Source: Ruditapes philippinarum (taxonomy: Eukaryota). From it: a DNA stretch of 64,000 bases. Under the pieces are notes generated by a model that had not been told where the DNA came from, did no database searches, and saw only the letters and a program-made list of their open reading frames with translations. The stretch's first letter is position 1; the number at the start of each line of letters is the position of its first letter. Location of the stretch: positions 1 to 64,000 of the forward strand of contig NW_026851606.1 of assembly GCF_026571515.1 (NCBI RefSeq), in the 5' to 3' direction. This document shows, piece after piece, positions 27,101 through 40,480 of this stretch. Both the position numbers and the translations under genes were made by a program.

Positions 27101-28253
27101 GTTGACCATATTAGGGACGAGTTGACTCTTTGAGGACGAGTTGACCAAAAGTAGGGGACGAGTTGACCAAAAAGGTGACGAGTTGACCAGAGGACGAGTT
27201 GACTAGGGGACGAGTTGACCGGATTGCTTACATGATGATGCTTCCTTTCTCCTATTATTGAGACAGAAATTTCAGTTTTTTTACAAGAATCAGACAAAAA
27301 ATACGACTTTGGGATCCTGACTTTATAACAAATAGTCTTAAGTTTATTAATGTCGCGCAAAAACTGCTATTTAATTGAAAATGATGTATCATATACATGC
27401 GAAATTGAATTGTTATGGCGGCCATTACTCGTTACTAGGGAGTGGATTCTGCGCATGGGATCTATTGTCTTTTAACCAATCAAAACATAGCTTTCACGGA
27501 CAATAGCGGATGTAAAGTAAATAGTCCCTCTAAAATGGGCTAAGAACTATTACATGTAGCATACCAACGTGTCAAGAAAATATAAATAATACTTATGATA
27601 TACAAATCTTTAGATTAATTACTATATCCAAGACTTAATATTGAAGGTTATTTGTTATAATTATCTGGGAATCCCCTAATCTATATATAGCAATAGTCGG
27701 TTGCTATGCAAAACGAAAGTGAAAATGATTCTGATCTTCTCCACTTAAATTTGTAATAATATGTTTCTTTCAATAAATGGGGATAAAATATTTTGTTTGA
27801 CCGAATGAATTGTGAAAGTTTGAATTAAGTATTTATCTACCCTGTTTAATGACATGGACTTCTCTCAAGGAATGTCAACAATCGACGTGTCAAAGTGAAA
27901 GTGAAGTTCGTTTGGCGGCATTTTTTAAAATTTAAAATAAATTTCTACACTAAATTAATTTACACATTCACGTGTAGAACAAGTGTGATAATATTTTTAA
28001 GAGCTATGGTCTAGAAATGAGTTGAATTTTGATTACGAACTAAGTCGTCAAACTAACCTTACCCCGCCCACTTTCATTTAGCTACAGCATAAAACTCATC
28101 ACGAAAATGATTAAATTCATAGAATTTAGCTTAAAATATCATAAAAGAGATATACTAATTTAAAAATGTTATATTCATGTATCAATTGAAGCCTTTGATA
28201 TATCAAAACACTTACGAATGATATGAAGATTTTGCTTCTTTGTGAGAGCGCAT
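21108..28253 (-). CDS. Putative orphan gene encoding an RS-rich, predicted nuclear protein (~189 aa)
   Basis: Exons 28253-28216 (MRSHKEAKSSYH), 24505-24230, 23815-23715, 22915-22819 and a tentative terminal exon 21165-21108 have canonical AG/GT sites. Phases match (2,2,1,2) and give one open frame: MRSHKEAKSSYHSQRRHSRSRSRSRRSRSRSRC...PEFPELFGTHLTNEMIWQMEEWRLEAEEHF...DDDTDWYPAAKRPAIHVNPSHPNFRRLAKQWNMEETYVHISSSK*. No family recognised. Confidence 0.55.
21214..22666 (+). mobile_element. Helentron/HINE (pearl-like) non-autonomous element with ~11 internal ~120-bp tandem repeats
   Basis: 5' end ACTAGAAATGTGTCCATAGGACAC (hairpin), array of CAAGGGCAATAACTCTAAAAATACTAAAAATATCCAC... units, (GGAC)n, and a terminal hairpin CCCCCATAGTGGGGG followed by an A-run. 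Confidence 0.8.
25102..25715. mobile_element. MITE with TA TSD
   Basis: TA|CTGGTCAGGGACCATCAACCGGAC ... GTCCGGTTTTGGTGGTCCCCAACCAG|TA imperfect TIRs. Confidence 0.6.
25859..27227. mobile_element. Mutator(MULE)-like non-autonomous element with 9-bp TSD and subterminal repeat arrays
   Basis: TSD TTACATGAT at 25850-25858 and 27228-27236; left array (GGTCAACTCGTCC)n and inverted right array (GGACGAGTTGACC)n; G...C termini. Confidence 0.8.
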
Positions 28254-28318
28254 TTTTTTCAACTTGTCTCAACAGATTTATGTATGAATCTGAACGTGCC
28301 AGCCTAACAACAAGACTC

Positions 28319-28380
28319 CTTATATATGGTATCTAGGGGGTAGCCCGACCAATCAGCGACAAGTATCACGTTGATCAATC
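28319..28380 (-). promoter_or_regulatory. Core promoter (TATA + CCAAT) of the orphan RS-rich gene
   Basis: Minus-strand TATATAAG at 28326-28319, ~70 nt upstream of the ATG at 28253. CCAATC at 28349-28354 and TCAATC at 28375-28380 lie further upstream. Confidence 0.5.
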
Positions 28381-29520
28381 AGTAACGAGTATTCAAAATT
28401 CCGCGGCAGACAAACTTTTGTTTTCTCTTTGTTACAAAAACATTGTTTTGGAAATAAATATGTATCGGAAGGTAAAATAGTTCATTCAATGATAATTCGC
28501 TTTAGTTTAACTTCTCATGAAAAACCATTGTACCACCATGTTAACAGATTTTTAGTTAAGCTGGGCTATTTTCTTGGCATTTTAAGCAACAAAATTTGAA
28601 TATTTATGATTAAAATCCACTGTTTATTTTATTTAAACCCTTTATCATATGGTAATTCTGTCCAAATTTTACATAAAATGAAAAACTTACGAAGGCAATG
28701 TCAATATACATGCCAAAACAATGCAAAATTAATTAAAATGGAAATAAATGGGCCAAGAGATAGCACAGAAAATAGACAGTTTTTAAGTGTTGCACGATGT
28801 TCACGAAAATGTCCCTTTACTATGTTATAACGCTCAAAAGTCTCTAGAATTTATGAATTTACCGTAAATACATTTTGAATTATGATACATTTATTTGTGA
28901 TAGACTTACTTTACCTTGATCATTCAATCTGTTCTAAAGAAGTTTGATTCAATTAAGTTCGTAATGTTACTTGTAAGACGTTGGATAAGGAGTCTTGATT
29001 TCTGTCACTTCACATATGTTGTAACTGTCCCTGCTCGCTTTGCCATATTACCCCGGACAAACAATGTTTCCAGCCGACAGATTCCAAAATTATAAAATTA
29101 TGACTGTTCAAAAGTTGTCATTTTGAAAATAGATTTAACGTATCGCAGTCCATGTCATGCACATTACTTAATTAGCTTTAAGTAGATCTTAATTAACTAA
29201 AATCATATTTTTTTTATAAAAAAAATGTTAAAATATAGATCTACATTGCTCAACTTTCAGACTAGTCTATAATACTGGAAAAGAGTCTTGCAATTAAATT
29301 TTGAAAGACCCTCATGGTTACATGTATGTATACATCGATATCGTGCTTAAATTGTGTTGTTTCCTTTAGAAAAAGTAACGTGTACATTAAATGTACATGT
29401 CTTCATGTGAACCATTTCCTTATAGACTATATAGGCATTTGTTTTCAAAACAGAACTACGAGATGGATATTTCCCTGGATATAAAACATTTGCGAAAAGC
29501 TATACTTGGAAACTCCTAAA

Positions 29521-30148
29521 AACAAGAGGGCCATGTCAGATGGCCCTGGATCGCTCCCCTGACAAAATGTGACCTAATTTTTGACTAGAGACGACCCATA
29601 TTCAAACTCGACCTAGAAATCATCAAAACAACCTTCCTGACAAATTTCAAGAATATTTGGATCAAAACTGCAGCCACTAGTGTTAAAAAGATTTTTCTAT
29701 TTTTAGCTTCTGTGACCTAGTTTTTGACCGGAGATGACCCATCTTCGAACTTGACCTAGAAATCATCAAAACAACCTTCCTCACAAATTTCTAGAATATT
29801 TGGATCAAAACTGCAGCCACTAGAGTGCTAACAAGCTTTTTCTATTTTTAGCTCCTGTGACCTAGTTTTGAGGGGAGATAACCCATCTTCGAACTTGACC
29901 TAGAAATCATTAAAACAAACTTCCTGACAAATTTCCAGAATATTTGGATCAAAACTGCAGCCATTAGAGCGTTAACCAGCTTTTTCTATTTTTAGCTCCT
30001 GTGACCTAGTCTTTGACTCGAGATAACCCATCTTCGAACTCGATTTGTATTTCATTGAGACAAACATTCTGACAAAGTTTGACAATGATCCAATCAAAAC
30101 TGTGACTGCTATACTGTTAACAACCCAATTGTCGATGACAATCTACGC
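29521..30148 (+). mobile_element. Helentron/HINE-like non-autonomous element with ~4 internal ~120-bp repeats
   Basis: AACAAGAGGGCCAT..ATGGCCCT 5' hairpin, TGTGACCTAGTTTTTGAC...GAACTTGACCTAGAAATCATC units, and 3' end CCTCACCT..AGGTGAGCTAAAA. Confidence 0.7.
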
Positions 30149-31600
30149 CGGACATAGCCCCATCACTATACCTCACCTTGACCACTTTGTTGTCAGGTGA
30201 GCTAAAAACCCATAATCAAATTCATCAAAATTCTGTACAGACCAGTATGTAATCTGGGGCTTCCAAGCAAATGGGGGTTCACTGTGTAAGAAGATGAAAT
30301 AGCAATAGTGTAAGGGAGGTAACCCAAACTAGCATGTTGCAATTTTGACCCCTGGGCTTTTATTTGAACAAACTTGGTAGACACTCACTAGAAGATGATT
30401 CATGCAAAATATCTAAGCTCAAACTTTTCCGGTTTTGTAAAAGAATTTTTTTAAGATTTTACTATATATTTACATGTATTTATGACCATGACCTTTTTTG
30501 ACATTGACCATCAAGTTCAAATTATTCAAATTTGCTTAAATTGTCATAACTTTGTCATTATTTACGGATTTGATTCATACTTGGACAAAAGAACACATAA
30601 ATGACAAAACCAACATGTTGAATTATTCTTATTTGACCATGACCTTATTTGACCTTGAATATCAAGGCCATGTGAACACTATCTGAGTTTTGGTAAAATG
30701 TATATGTCAAAACAAAGCTTTTGCTTAACTACTTAACTGATATGTTAGATATAAAAAGTGTATACATTTCACTTATTTTAATTTAATTGCTTGAATGAAT
30801 TAACTTTCAATCTATATTTTTCTGTAATACGACAGTAAGGAAGATAAAAGACCAAGGAATAAATATTACACATGTTTATTTTACAGTAACAAGTTAAGTA
30901 CATAAAACACATGCATTGTTACATTTATATAGTTCACTGAATAAAAATGTGAAAATATTGTTCAAATATATCGTAAAGTAACCATTATTACATGGATACT
31001 TTGCTAATATCTCATAATTTGGTCATAATAAACACATACAAACTCAACAAGAATGATGGAGATAGCCAATCACATTGAAAAATACATAAAATTATGGGTA
31101 AATCTTAATAGATAGCCAATCAGAATTAACATTACATAATTAGAATCATGGGTAAGTACAATAAGACAGCCAATCACAAATATCAATACATACTGTGATA
31201 ACAGAAATATTAGTAAATATTCAAAGTAATAGTACTGAAGAAGCAAACTTTAGAACAGTAAATTATTTATTGCATACAAAATAATATCTAAAATGTTTTG
31301 GTTTATTGTCAGTCTAATGATTCTAATCACTTGGATGAAAAGAAATAATGCTAATAACAAAAAGATGCAAACTTTTTTTCTTCAAATTTAAGCATTTTGT
31401 GCTTTTCATAATTAGTGTCCTGTTAACAATGTTGTTTGAACACAATTTCATTTGGTTATAACACTTGCCTAAGCTAGAAGTTATTTAAGTATATATCTCC
31501 TATGTCACTCTATTTGATGTTTGATGATAAGAGAGTTTTATACATGTCTTTATACAAGATGAAAGCATGGTAATTGTTTGTAACCTAAGTCTTAGTGTCC

Positions 31601-34600
31601 TTATTGTCCTGGTGCAGATAAACTTTTATCCATAAACTTCCTCTTTGCAAAACAAAGCCACCACTGAAATAATAAATAACGCTTTTTTATACATAAATAT
31701 CTTGACTTTGTATACAAACCTGAAAAAAATTAGAGAATATATTTATCCTTGTATCTGTGGCCAAATGGTTAATGTCATTGACTTCAAACCACTTGCCCCT
31801 CACCACTGTAGGTTCGAATCGTGACAGAGACTTTTGATTTTTTCATGTGAAGATGTCCGTGGATCTACTCAGGTTCCTATTTTTGCCTGAAATAATGTGG
31901 CGAGGGGCACCTGAGAGGTATTGCTCCAGTAGTAAAGCTGGAAAGTTGCCATATGACCTATACTGTGTTGGTGTGATGTAACCCCCACCCCCCAAAAATA
32001 ACCCTGTGTGTAAGCTAGCTGGATGGCTTCCAATAATACTATAATACTTTAGTGAATAAACTGGCTAATGAGCTGATTTTTTATCTCAACTACTTAGCAG
32101 GAGCTATCATTTAAACAGCGCACTCTACTATTCTCAGCGCTTGACAGTAAAAATGGGGCATAACTATGTAAAAATGCAACTCAGAGTTATGGGACCTATG
32201 CCCATGATGTATGAGATAACTACAGAGAACAAATGGCTAAGTTTCAATCCATTCTCTTCATTAGCTTTGCAGACAAAAAACTAAAGTGTGACCCCCAATG
32301 CTATGATCATTAGACAATACAAAGCCCTCAATAGTCTCGAAAAAATCCAGCTGAAAATAAAGCTTAAGATAGTGTGACAACTAAAGATACCTTTTTCAAA
32401 ATGCTTAACACATCAACAGAACTTTACAATATATGTTCAACATCTCTCCAATTAACTTGCTCACATTAAATGGTTCTCAGTTTTCACAACTTTTAAAATC
32501 CTGGTAAAAAAATTGTGAATTTTCAGTATAAAATTGTTACCTTGGAAGGCTTATCATTTGCTGGGTCGAACACTTTTTCACACATTCTAAGTCCGGTCTC
32601 CTGTCTTATTTGCTGAAGGTATGCTCTCATTGTATCTATGATTAAAAAAAAAAGTGAATTAATTTACACTTAGTATAAGCAACAAAATCATCAGTCAACA
32701 AATATTTTGTATGTTGGTTAATCCTGAAAAAAATAAACCACTCACTGTGAATTGCTAACTGACATTATGCACAAACAAGCACATTCAACCGTAAGAGAAT
32801 ATTTACCATATATTCAACAGTTAATGAAGACTCAATTATTATATACCTATTTCCTAGACTTGTTGTATATATAAGCCTATATAATATCACAATTCAATGA
32901 GTTCATATAAGATATTTTAAATCCTAGCAAAGACTTATCCTCTACTGAGCCTACAGAATCATTCTTATTACCTATCTTAAATGAACTTGCCTGTCTTTTA
33001 ATTTCGACAAAACCTTTTTTTCATTTCTAGAGAAAATTTCAAAATATTTACTGATTGAATAGTGAACATTGCAAATAATAATCGGACAGCATGGATGTGC
33101 CAGCTTATCTTGGCCTGCACTGTTTGCATGTGTAGAATCTGTTACTGCCAGGTTAATACACATCTAGGATAATTCCAGCTTTTTGTATAAATACAGGATT
33201 TATTTTCACAGAGATGAGAGTGGTATGAAAATAAATATTTCACGAGTGGCGGTAGCCATGAGTGAAATATGTTAATTTCCATACCATGAGATGAAAACAA
33301 ATCTTGGATTTAAAGAAAAAAAGCTTGAATTTTCTTATTGTTATGTACATTTTCCCCTTTATTAGCATTTACAATTTGAAAGTCTTCCCCTTAAATTTTG
33401 TGTATTGGCTGAATTTAGAAGAAAGTAATCAGGCAAAACACAAGTGAAAATATGGAAAATATGTTTTGGTGACATTTTGAGATGAATATTATATTGTCTA
33501 CGACTGGAATTGCCTGTTTAAGGTTAGATTAGACCAAACTTACCTTCTTCGGACCGGTTGGCTGGTTTTGTAAACATCGCATTAAGAGGAAACTTTCCTT
33601 CACCAGGGATCGGAAAATTTGTTATTCCTAACGTGTACATCTCCTTCTGACCGTCATTCTTTGAGCCACACTAAAGTAAAGAAAGTTAGATGTTAGACAC
33701 GAAAAATCATCTTATGACACTTCCTGTTTTTATACAAGAATTAATAAACAAGGGAGATAATCACTAATTCATTAACAAGTAATCAAACATTAAACATAAT
33801 GAAGTTTCTTTATATTTTAGTTTCTGTAATTAAAAGCATCAACCTAAAAAATATACAAGGAAGAAAATCACTGATAAGTAATCAAATATTAAACATATTG
33901 AGTTTCTTTTAATTTTATTTTCCTTGATTAAAAAGCATTGACCTAAAAACAAGTGTTTTTTTTCTTCTTTATAAAGAGCAAACATGTGACTGTTTCAAAT
34001 TATTTTAATAAAGAGTTTAAAGCATGTTTAATGATTTTCACTTGAAAAAAGTTGTGCTGAGTTCATAAAAGTAGCCAAAATGTTAACAAAGTAGTAATTT
34101 GACTTCCACACAAAATGCTTCAAGTATAATTAGACATTGTGTATTTCCAAAATGCAAACATTAGTTCAGCTATTTTGTAAAGTAGTACCATTTTGGAAAC
34201 TATAACAGGTCACCAATAAATAAAAAAGGGTGTTGCAAAATTAAAGTAATATTATTTTTTAGGCTTAATGTTGGAATTTCAGTTTCTGAGGAATATCCAT
34301 TACAGGCTGTTGAATTTTTTTCCCTGGGAATATAGTCTAGGAAGTTATGTATGATATATGTATACAGTTTTAATAAATATTTTATATACTGACCTTTTGT
34401 AATTTCTTCAAACATTCACTAACATATAATGTAATGTAAATAAGAGTTCTGTCAGCTTCACTCTGAAATATTGAAAACACATTTATCATTTAACAATCCT
34501 TGGCTTATAATATCTAGTTATTTATTTTTTCATTATTTTTTTTAGGAGGGTGAAAGTATTACATCTTTTCTCTTTACTTGTCAGAACTGATCGTGATACC

Positions 34601-37600
34601 ATTGCCACAAGCACAGAAACAGGCCTTCATTTTGTCCGACCAACCTCTGTATTATTTGGCTATTAAACTAACTTTAAATTCTCATCTTACAATTCCCAAA
34701 ACTCCATAAACTATTTAAAAGAATTCTGAAGGTTTATATTTATTTTTTTCTTGTGTTTGAGCATTTGTAATAATACAAAACTTTTTTCATATTGTAACAA
34801 TCTGATGTGATAGAATTTCTTTTATAAACATGTACCTGTATTATGATAAGGAAATAAAGAAATATCAAGTTTTAAGAATTTTTAAGACTATTTCAGAATA
34901 CATCTGGGCAGTATGCCCACAAGTATACAGTAACTATATATCATAACAAATAACCATAGTAAATAGTCAAATGGTCGATATCAAAAGTAATTGCTATATA
35001 AAACATATTATTTCATAAAGTTACACAGTATTTTTAGCAATAAGACAATAATACCATGACAATGTACATTAATAAGTTAACATACCTTAATTTCATATGT
35101 CCTGAAGAAAATGTTTGCCTTGAAATAATAAATAGCCTCGTCAATGATGTCAAAATCTGTCGCTGAAATATTTGAACACAAGAAATAAACAAAATGTTCA
35201 GAAAGCTCAACATGTAGGAACTTTTAAATTCATGATGTAAAATATTTTATTATTTGGTAGGTGTTAATTATCTGCAGCTCACTGTGAAATGCATTTATTA
35301 TTAATTTAATAAATCATTTTTTAATTGAGTTTTGAGCTATATAGTGTCAACTTTCCAGATTTATTGCAGTTGCTGGAAGAAAATCTCATATTTAAGACCC
35401 CTCTGTGCAGCACTATTTCAGGCATTTGATAGGTCTACTTCTTTTAATTCCATCCCAGGCTACTGAACATTTTACAGTGAGTAAAGAATCATTCAGGGTT
35501 CTTAAGTTAGCTGGATAGCAAAAACGATCCATGTTGGAACTAAAACTCACAGAAGTGAGCTGCAAATAAATATAAACATTCCAGCAGATTAAATTTTGCC
35601 AGTAATATAGTGAATATTTATTTTAAAGAAATCAGGTGGTTTTTTTTTCTTCTTCAGCACTTTGGGAACATGACCCTGCCCTAGAATTGGGAATTTTTAC
35701 AATGTTGTAACTTGTAAACAAATTGGGAGAAACTGGCAACATATTGTATGCATCAAAAAATGACAAAGAATTCAAATATTTGGTAAATTAAACTGCTTTT
35801 ATACTTCACATCATAGGGTGCTAGAGGGAGACGTGCCCCCTTCTGTTAAGGGGTTTGAAGGGGGGCGGCAGCCCCCTTCGCTCCTTCATCGCCAAGAAGA
35901 TTTTGGACCTGTGAGAGGCTAAAATTGGCCTCAGGACGATCAAAAGGTAACATGTAACCAACGCTGAAAAGCCTTTGCTTCCCTACGGCACTTTGAAATC
36001 AGTTTGAATGGAAAAAAACAACTCAAAATAATGATTTTTGGCAAATTTGAGATGTCCCTTGTTGCCATGGTAATAGGAAATGCAAGATTGAGCATGCCAT
36101 TACAAAGGATATGGTGCAGTCAACATTTGTGCCAAGTTTGATGAATATTGAAGCATCTTTTATAGTTTCATAGCAATCTGAACTTGTAACAGGAGGCTTT
36201 TCAATGAAAACAGCCATTTTTCACGAAATACTCATGCAGTAATGGCTTAAATTGGTTATTTCCTCCTTGAAATTGGGGACATAACCATACTTTTAGGCAT
36301 TGGGAACATGACCCAATATCAGTCATCAAAATTGGTCAGATAAAAAACAACCTGGAAATGTAAAGAAAACCTACTGTCTTTTGGTGCTGGCCCTTTATAT
36401 GATGTCCTCAATGGCAACATAGCCATGTTCCCAATATGTTTAGGTGCATCTGTAAATTTGGAATGGTAGGCCTGTAAAAATAAAATGTTCATGTAAAAGA
36501 ACTAAAATTTTATAGAATAATGTTCCTTGCTTTAATATTAATGTTATATTAAAGTACGGAACATTTTTATGTTCTACATTGTTTCTCTATCCAATATATA
36601 ATTAATGTATAATATAATAATGATTCTACTAAAAACTTCAACATTATTCATTTTGGTTACTTGTTTGCTTTATTGGGTTTTACGTCACACCAACACAGTA
36701 TAGGTCATGTGGCGATGTTCCAACTGATGGAGGAAGACTGTGCATTATTTTAGGCACAAACGGGCACCTGAGTAGAACCACCAGTGTTCTGTAATGGTAA
36801 GCTAGCTGGATAGCTTCCTCACATGAGAGATTCCAAAGTCCCTGTCAGGATTTGAACCCACAGAGATGAGGGGCAAGTGGTTAGAAGTTAACGACCTTAA
36901 CCACTTGACCATGGACGCCCCTTTTGGTTATTTAAAATTTAACCTTTCAAAATTCAATTTTCTGCTGTATTTTTGCATAGCTGGAGAGTTGAATCTCTTG
37001 TGCATAAATAAATAATCTTTAATACATCAAGTAGAAATATAGATCTACATCTCTGCATCAAATAAGTAAAATGATTGCTAATTTTTTTCACTGATTGTTA
37101 TCATGTCACACAACCACTGCAGGTAGGGGAAGTCATTTTCAGGGGATTTTCAAGGTTAAATTGACGCACCAGTGAGTTATTCTTATCAGTTCTGTGGAGT
37201 TCTATGTGGCTTTTTTAAAACAATGTCAAACTGCTCTGGGTAAGTCTGCTGAGTATAAAGCACTTTATACACAAGTTAAAACTGCCTATTGGCATTTTTA
37301 TTATTTAGTTCGTGAGAATTGAAAATATGTGACTAGTTGCGGTTTGAAGGTAAAAATTAATACAAAGCTTAAAATTCCAACTCTTGCGATGATTTTATCA
37401 CGCATCGAATGTGTGCATTTCCTGTTTTGCAAGTCAAAACTCAGACACCTGACCTCATTACCTGACCTGTGTCAATTGTGAGCCCTTGGTATGCTCCAAT
37501 GTCTCAAATTTTGATAACAAAGTTACCATTTTGTGTGGCTTTACATTAAACATTACACATTATCATCATTATATTTATATCTTTGGTTTTAGTGCTGAGA

Positions 37601-37955
37601 TGACAATGATTCAGTTCCTTTAGGGGGTGGGGCACACAATCACTATGATCAAAGACTGTACATTAGTCATTATGATTGGTCACTGCATAATTTACATATA
37701 TAATATGCTTCTTATTCAAGAATTAACTAACTATACTTCAAGAGTTTCACCAGGAGATATGCATGATATGGGAACGTTTGAATGCATTAGATCAGATATC
37801 CGTTGAATTGATCTTTATATTTTCTATAAATCTGCTTATTACAGTCGTATCGACGAAAAATAAAACGTTTGGCAAAACAATACAAATATTCCATGGTAAT
37901 TCTGGTTATATTATTTGTAATGACTTCAAATTTAGATGAGAAAACTTACAGGCAT
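31601..37955 (-). CDS. ARPC3: Actin-related protein 2/3 complex subunit 3 (p21-Arc), 177 aa
   Basis: Exons 37955-37950 (MP), 36471-36375, 35162-35086, 34462-34394, 33670-33544, 32635-32541, 31663-31601 total 534 nt, with GT-AG introns and consistent phases. Protein [144 protein letters not shown]. Candidate polyA signal AATAAA (-) at 30880-30875. Confidence 0.97.
31757..31995 (+). mobile_element. tRNA-derived SINE, family A
   Basis: GTGGCCAAATGGTTAATGTC...GTAGGTTCGAATC head (A/B boxes) followed by a non-tRNA body ending TGACCTATACTGTGTTGGTGTGA; same family as 36660-36920. Confidence 0.7.
35633..36354. mobile_element. MITE in ARPC3 intron 2, with a GC-rich internal hairpin at ~35825-35880
   Basis: Imperfect TIRs CAGGTGGTTTTTT / AAAAAACAACCTG, repeated subterminal TTGGGAACATGACCC, and GAAAT abutting both ends. 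Confidence 0.55.
36660..36921 (-). mobile_element. tRNA-derived SINE, family A
   Basis: Reverse complement reads GGGCGTCCATGGTCAAGTGGTTAAGGTC...GTGGGTTCAAATCCTGACAGGG; body matches 31757-31995. Confidence 0.7.
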
Positions 37956-37974
37956 TTTTCCTTTTTAGTGGTAC

Positions 37975-38000
37975 TTTCACTTCCGTGTTTGTCACGTGAC
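37975..38000 (-). promoter_or_regulatory. ETS site plus palindromic E-box (CLEAR/USF-type GTCACGTGAC) just upstream of the ARPC3 start
   Basis: CACTTCCG at 37978-37985 (CGGAAGTG on -) and GTCACGTGAC at 37991-38000, within 50 nt of the ARPC3 ATG. Confidence 0.5.
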
Positions 38001-39087
38001 TCTTAAAGCGCTATTCTCTGTTTCCCGTTTTTACGGTACTATTGGCAACTCTCTCGTGCACTGAGACCCTCACATCACATAATTGAGTAATATGGCATTT
38101 TTGTTAACGTTACGGATACATATTATCTCAAATGAGATCCTACACATATATGTTATATCTATTTAATGAGTTCAAGAAATTATTTTAAAGTGAACCTCCG
38201 GTAAACTTTAATTTATCTCAAATACTGAGTTCTAGTGAACAAGTACACTATAGCTGCTGGGTAAACTATACTGGAAAATGCGCTAGCTGATTCCGATATA
38301 AATTTTGCAGTTTGTACGAGTCCAATAGAATCGGTATCATACTGCTGTACAATGTGTTATAAACTAGTCATCTAGAATTGCTATTCAATCAATATCAAAT
38401 CACTAAATTTTCGCTCTGTTAAGCCTTGTTTTCATTTTCATAGTCCAAGTGAGTCATATCAAATCCTTACTACTCTGAGTTGTTTAATAAACTCTTTATT
38501 TTGCTATGCAAATTTAAAGGAGGAAACACATAATAATTAATTAAAGAAAACACTCAAAAACATCAATGTATGATATTGAATATATAGAGTTACAATGTAT
38601 TGCAAGTACAAAATGGATTTAATATGGAACCTTTGGGACTCTGAAAATGTAATTGAGAATAGATCGATAGAGAGCAAGATGGATTTGATATGAAGTTTTT
38701 GTTTTGTTTTTTGGATAAGGAAAATTATAAAGAGGCAAGATGGGATACAACATGCAACTAATACGATTTTTAGGACCCGTTAAATGAAAACAAGGCGATA
38801 TTGATCATCGCCTGATGCACATATGCTTGATGTGAATAGGTTACATCTTATAACATGTGAAATAAAAAGAAACACGTGCTGGTTATATAACATGGAAAAG
38901 AAGTGGTTTGCTGGTTAAAAACAGTTAACAAAAAAAAACCTTTCACACAGAAAAAAATATCACCATAGCTTTATGTCCATTTGTAAATTTGGATACTTTC
39001 CAAACACATCTGCATAAAGTTAACATGCAGTTAAACGCATTTCCGGTTTAAATGGAATGAAGCAAATTTAGATAGTGTGTAAAAGAT

Positions 39088-39867
39088 TTTTTGTGCCCCC
39101 ACGTTAGTGGCGGGCATTTAGATTTACCCTTGTCCGTCCGTCCGTCCGTATATCCTTCCGTCCGTCCGTCCGTTCACTTTTGTGTCGCACGTAACTCAAA
39201 AAGTATTTGACCTAGAGTCATGAAACTTTACAGGAATGTTGATCAGCATGTGTTGTTGTGCACCTGGGTATTTTCGTCTGGATATTTTTAGTATTTTAAG
39301 AGTTATTGCCCTTGACTTAGAAAAATTTTGCAATTTTCAACTTGTGTCGCATGTAACTCAAAAAGTATTTGACCTAGAGTCATGTAACTTTACAGGAATG
39401 TTGATCAGCATGTGTAGTTGTGCACCTGGGTATTTTCGTGTGGATATTTTTAGTATTTTCAGAGTTATTGCCCTTGACTGAGTAAAATTTTGCAATTTTC
39501 AACATGTGTCGCACGTAACTCAAAAAGTATTTGATCTAGAGTCATGTAACTTTACAGGAATATTGATCAGCATGTGCAGTTATGCACCAGGTATTTTCTT
39601 CTGGACTTATTTAGTATTTTTAGAGTTATTGCCCTTCACTTAGAAAATTTTTGCAATTTTCAACTTGTGTCGCAAGTTACTCAAAAAGGATTTGACATAG
39701 TCATTAAACCTTATGGGTAGGTTGCTCAGCATATTCAGATTTGCACCTGGGGTTTCGCTTGTGAATTTATCCAGTATTTGTAGAGTTATTTCCCTTGACT
39801 TAGTAAAAAGATTGACAGAACAGTGGCGCGGTGGGGGCACCCGTGTCCTATGGACACATTTCTAGTT
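39088..39867 (-). mobile_element. Second copy of the HINE family at 21214-22666, opposite orientation, ~5 internal repeats
   Basis: Ends TTTTTGTGCCCCCAC..GTGG and GTGTCCTATGGACACATTTCTAGTT, (GTCC)n, and the same ~120-bp unit reverse-complemented. Confidence 0.8.
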
Positions 39868-40480
39868 CTTATTTAAAAAAAAACTTGAACATAAATCTAT
39901 TGTATGGGCAGATGCTGACACGAGCACTGAATGCTAAATATAGTTTATTTACTTTATTACAATGGTCAGACTCTAGCAACTTAACTTTACGTACATGATA
40001 TTACACTGAAAGACACTTCTTACGCAGGACTTTTCAAAATTGTTTTACATAAATATGATTAAAGATATATCATTGACACTTTACAAATACTGGTTTGGCC
40101 ACTAGTTGCAAATATGATTATAATAGGATGATAATAATATCATTTATAAACACTTGAAGGATGATCATTTCATGGAGCATATATGTAGCTGGTGTGAGCA
40201 TTTTTAATTTAATGAATGCCTGATTTTATGTTAACTAGCAGCACTGCAGAAACAAATAATAACATTGAAATGTAAAATGAAACACCCAAGCCCCATCTGC
40301 ATGCATCAGACAGATCTACATTTATATGTATACATGTAAATCTGTGGACAAGTCATTCACAGATTTATAATTTAGTAGTAATTTATTTTGGCATAAGCGA
40401 CCTTTCCAAATATTGAGAAATACATGACAGCAAAAATTAAATATATTTGCACCAAATAACATTGTCATTAATAAATAATA

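Noticed and set aside
31757-31835. tRNA gene (also at 36840-36921, 46300-46375, 53355-53420)
   Set aside because: The cloverleaf is incomplete and each head continues into a shared non-tRNA body, so these are SINE heads.
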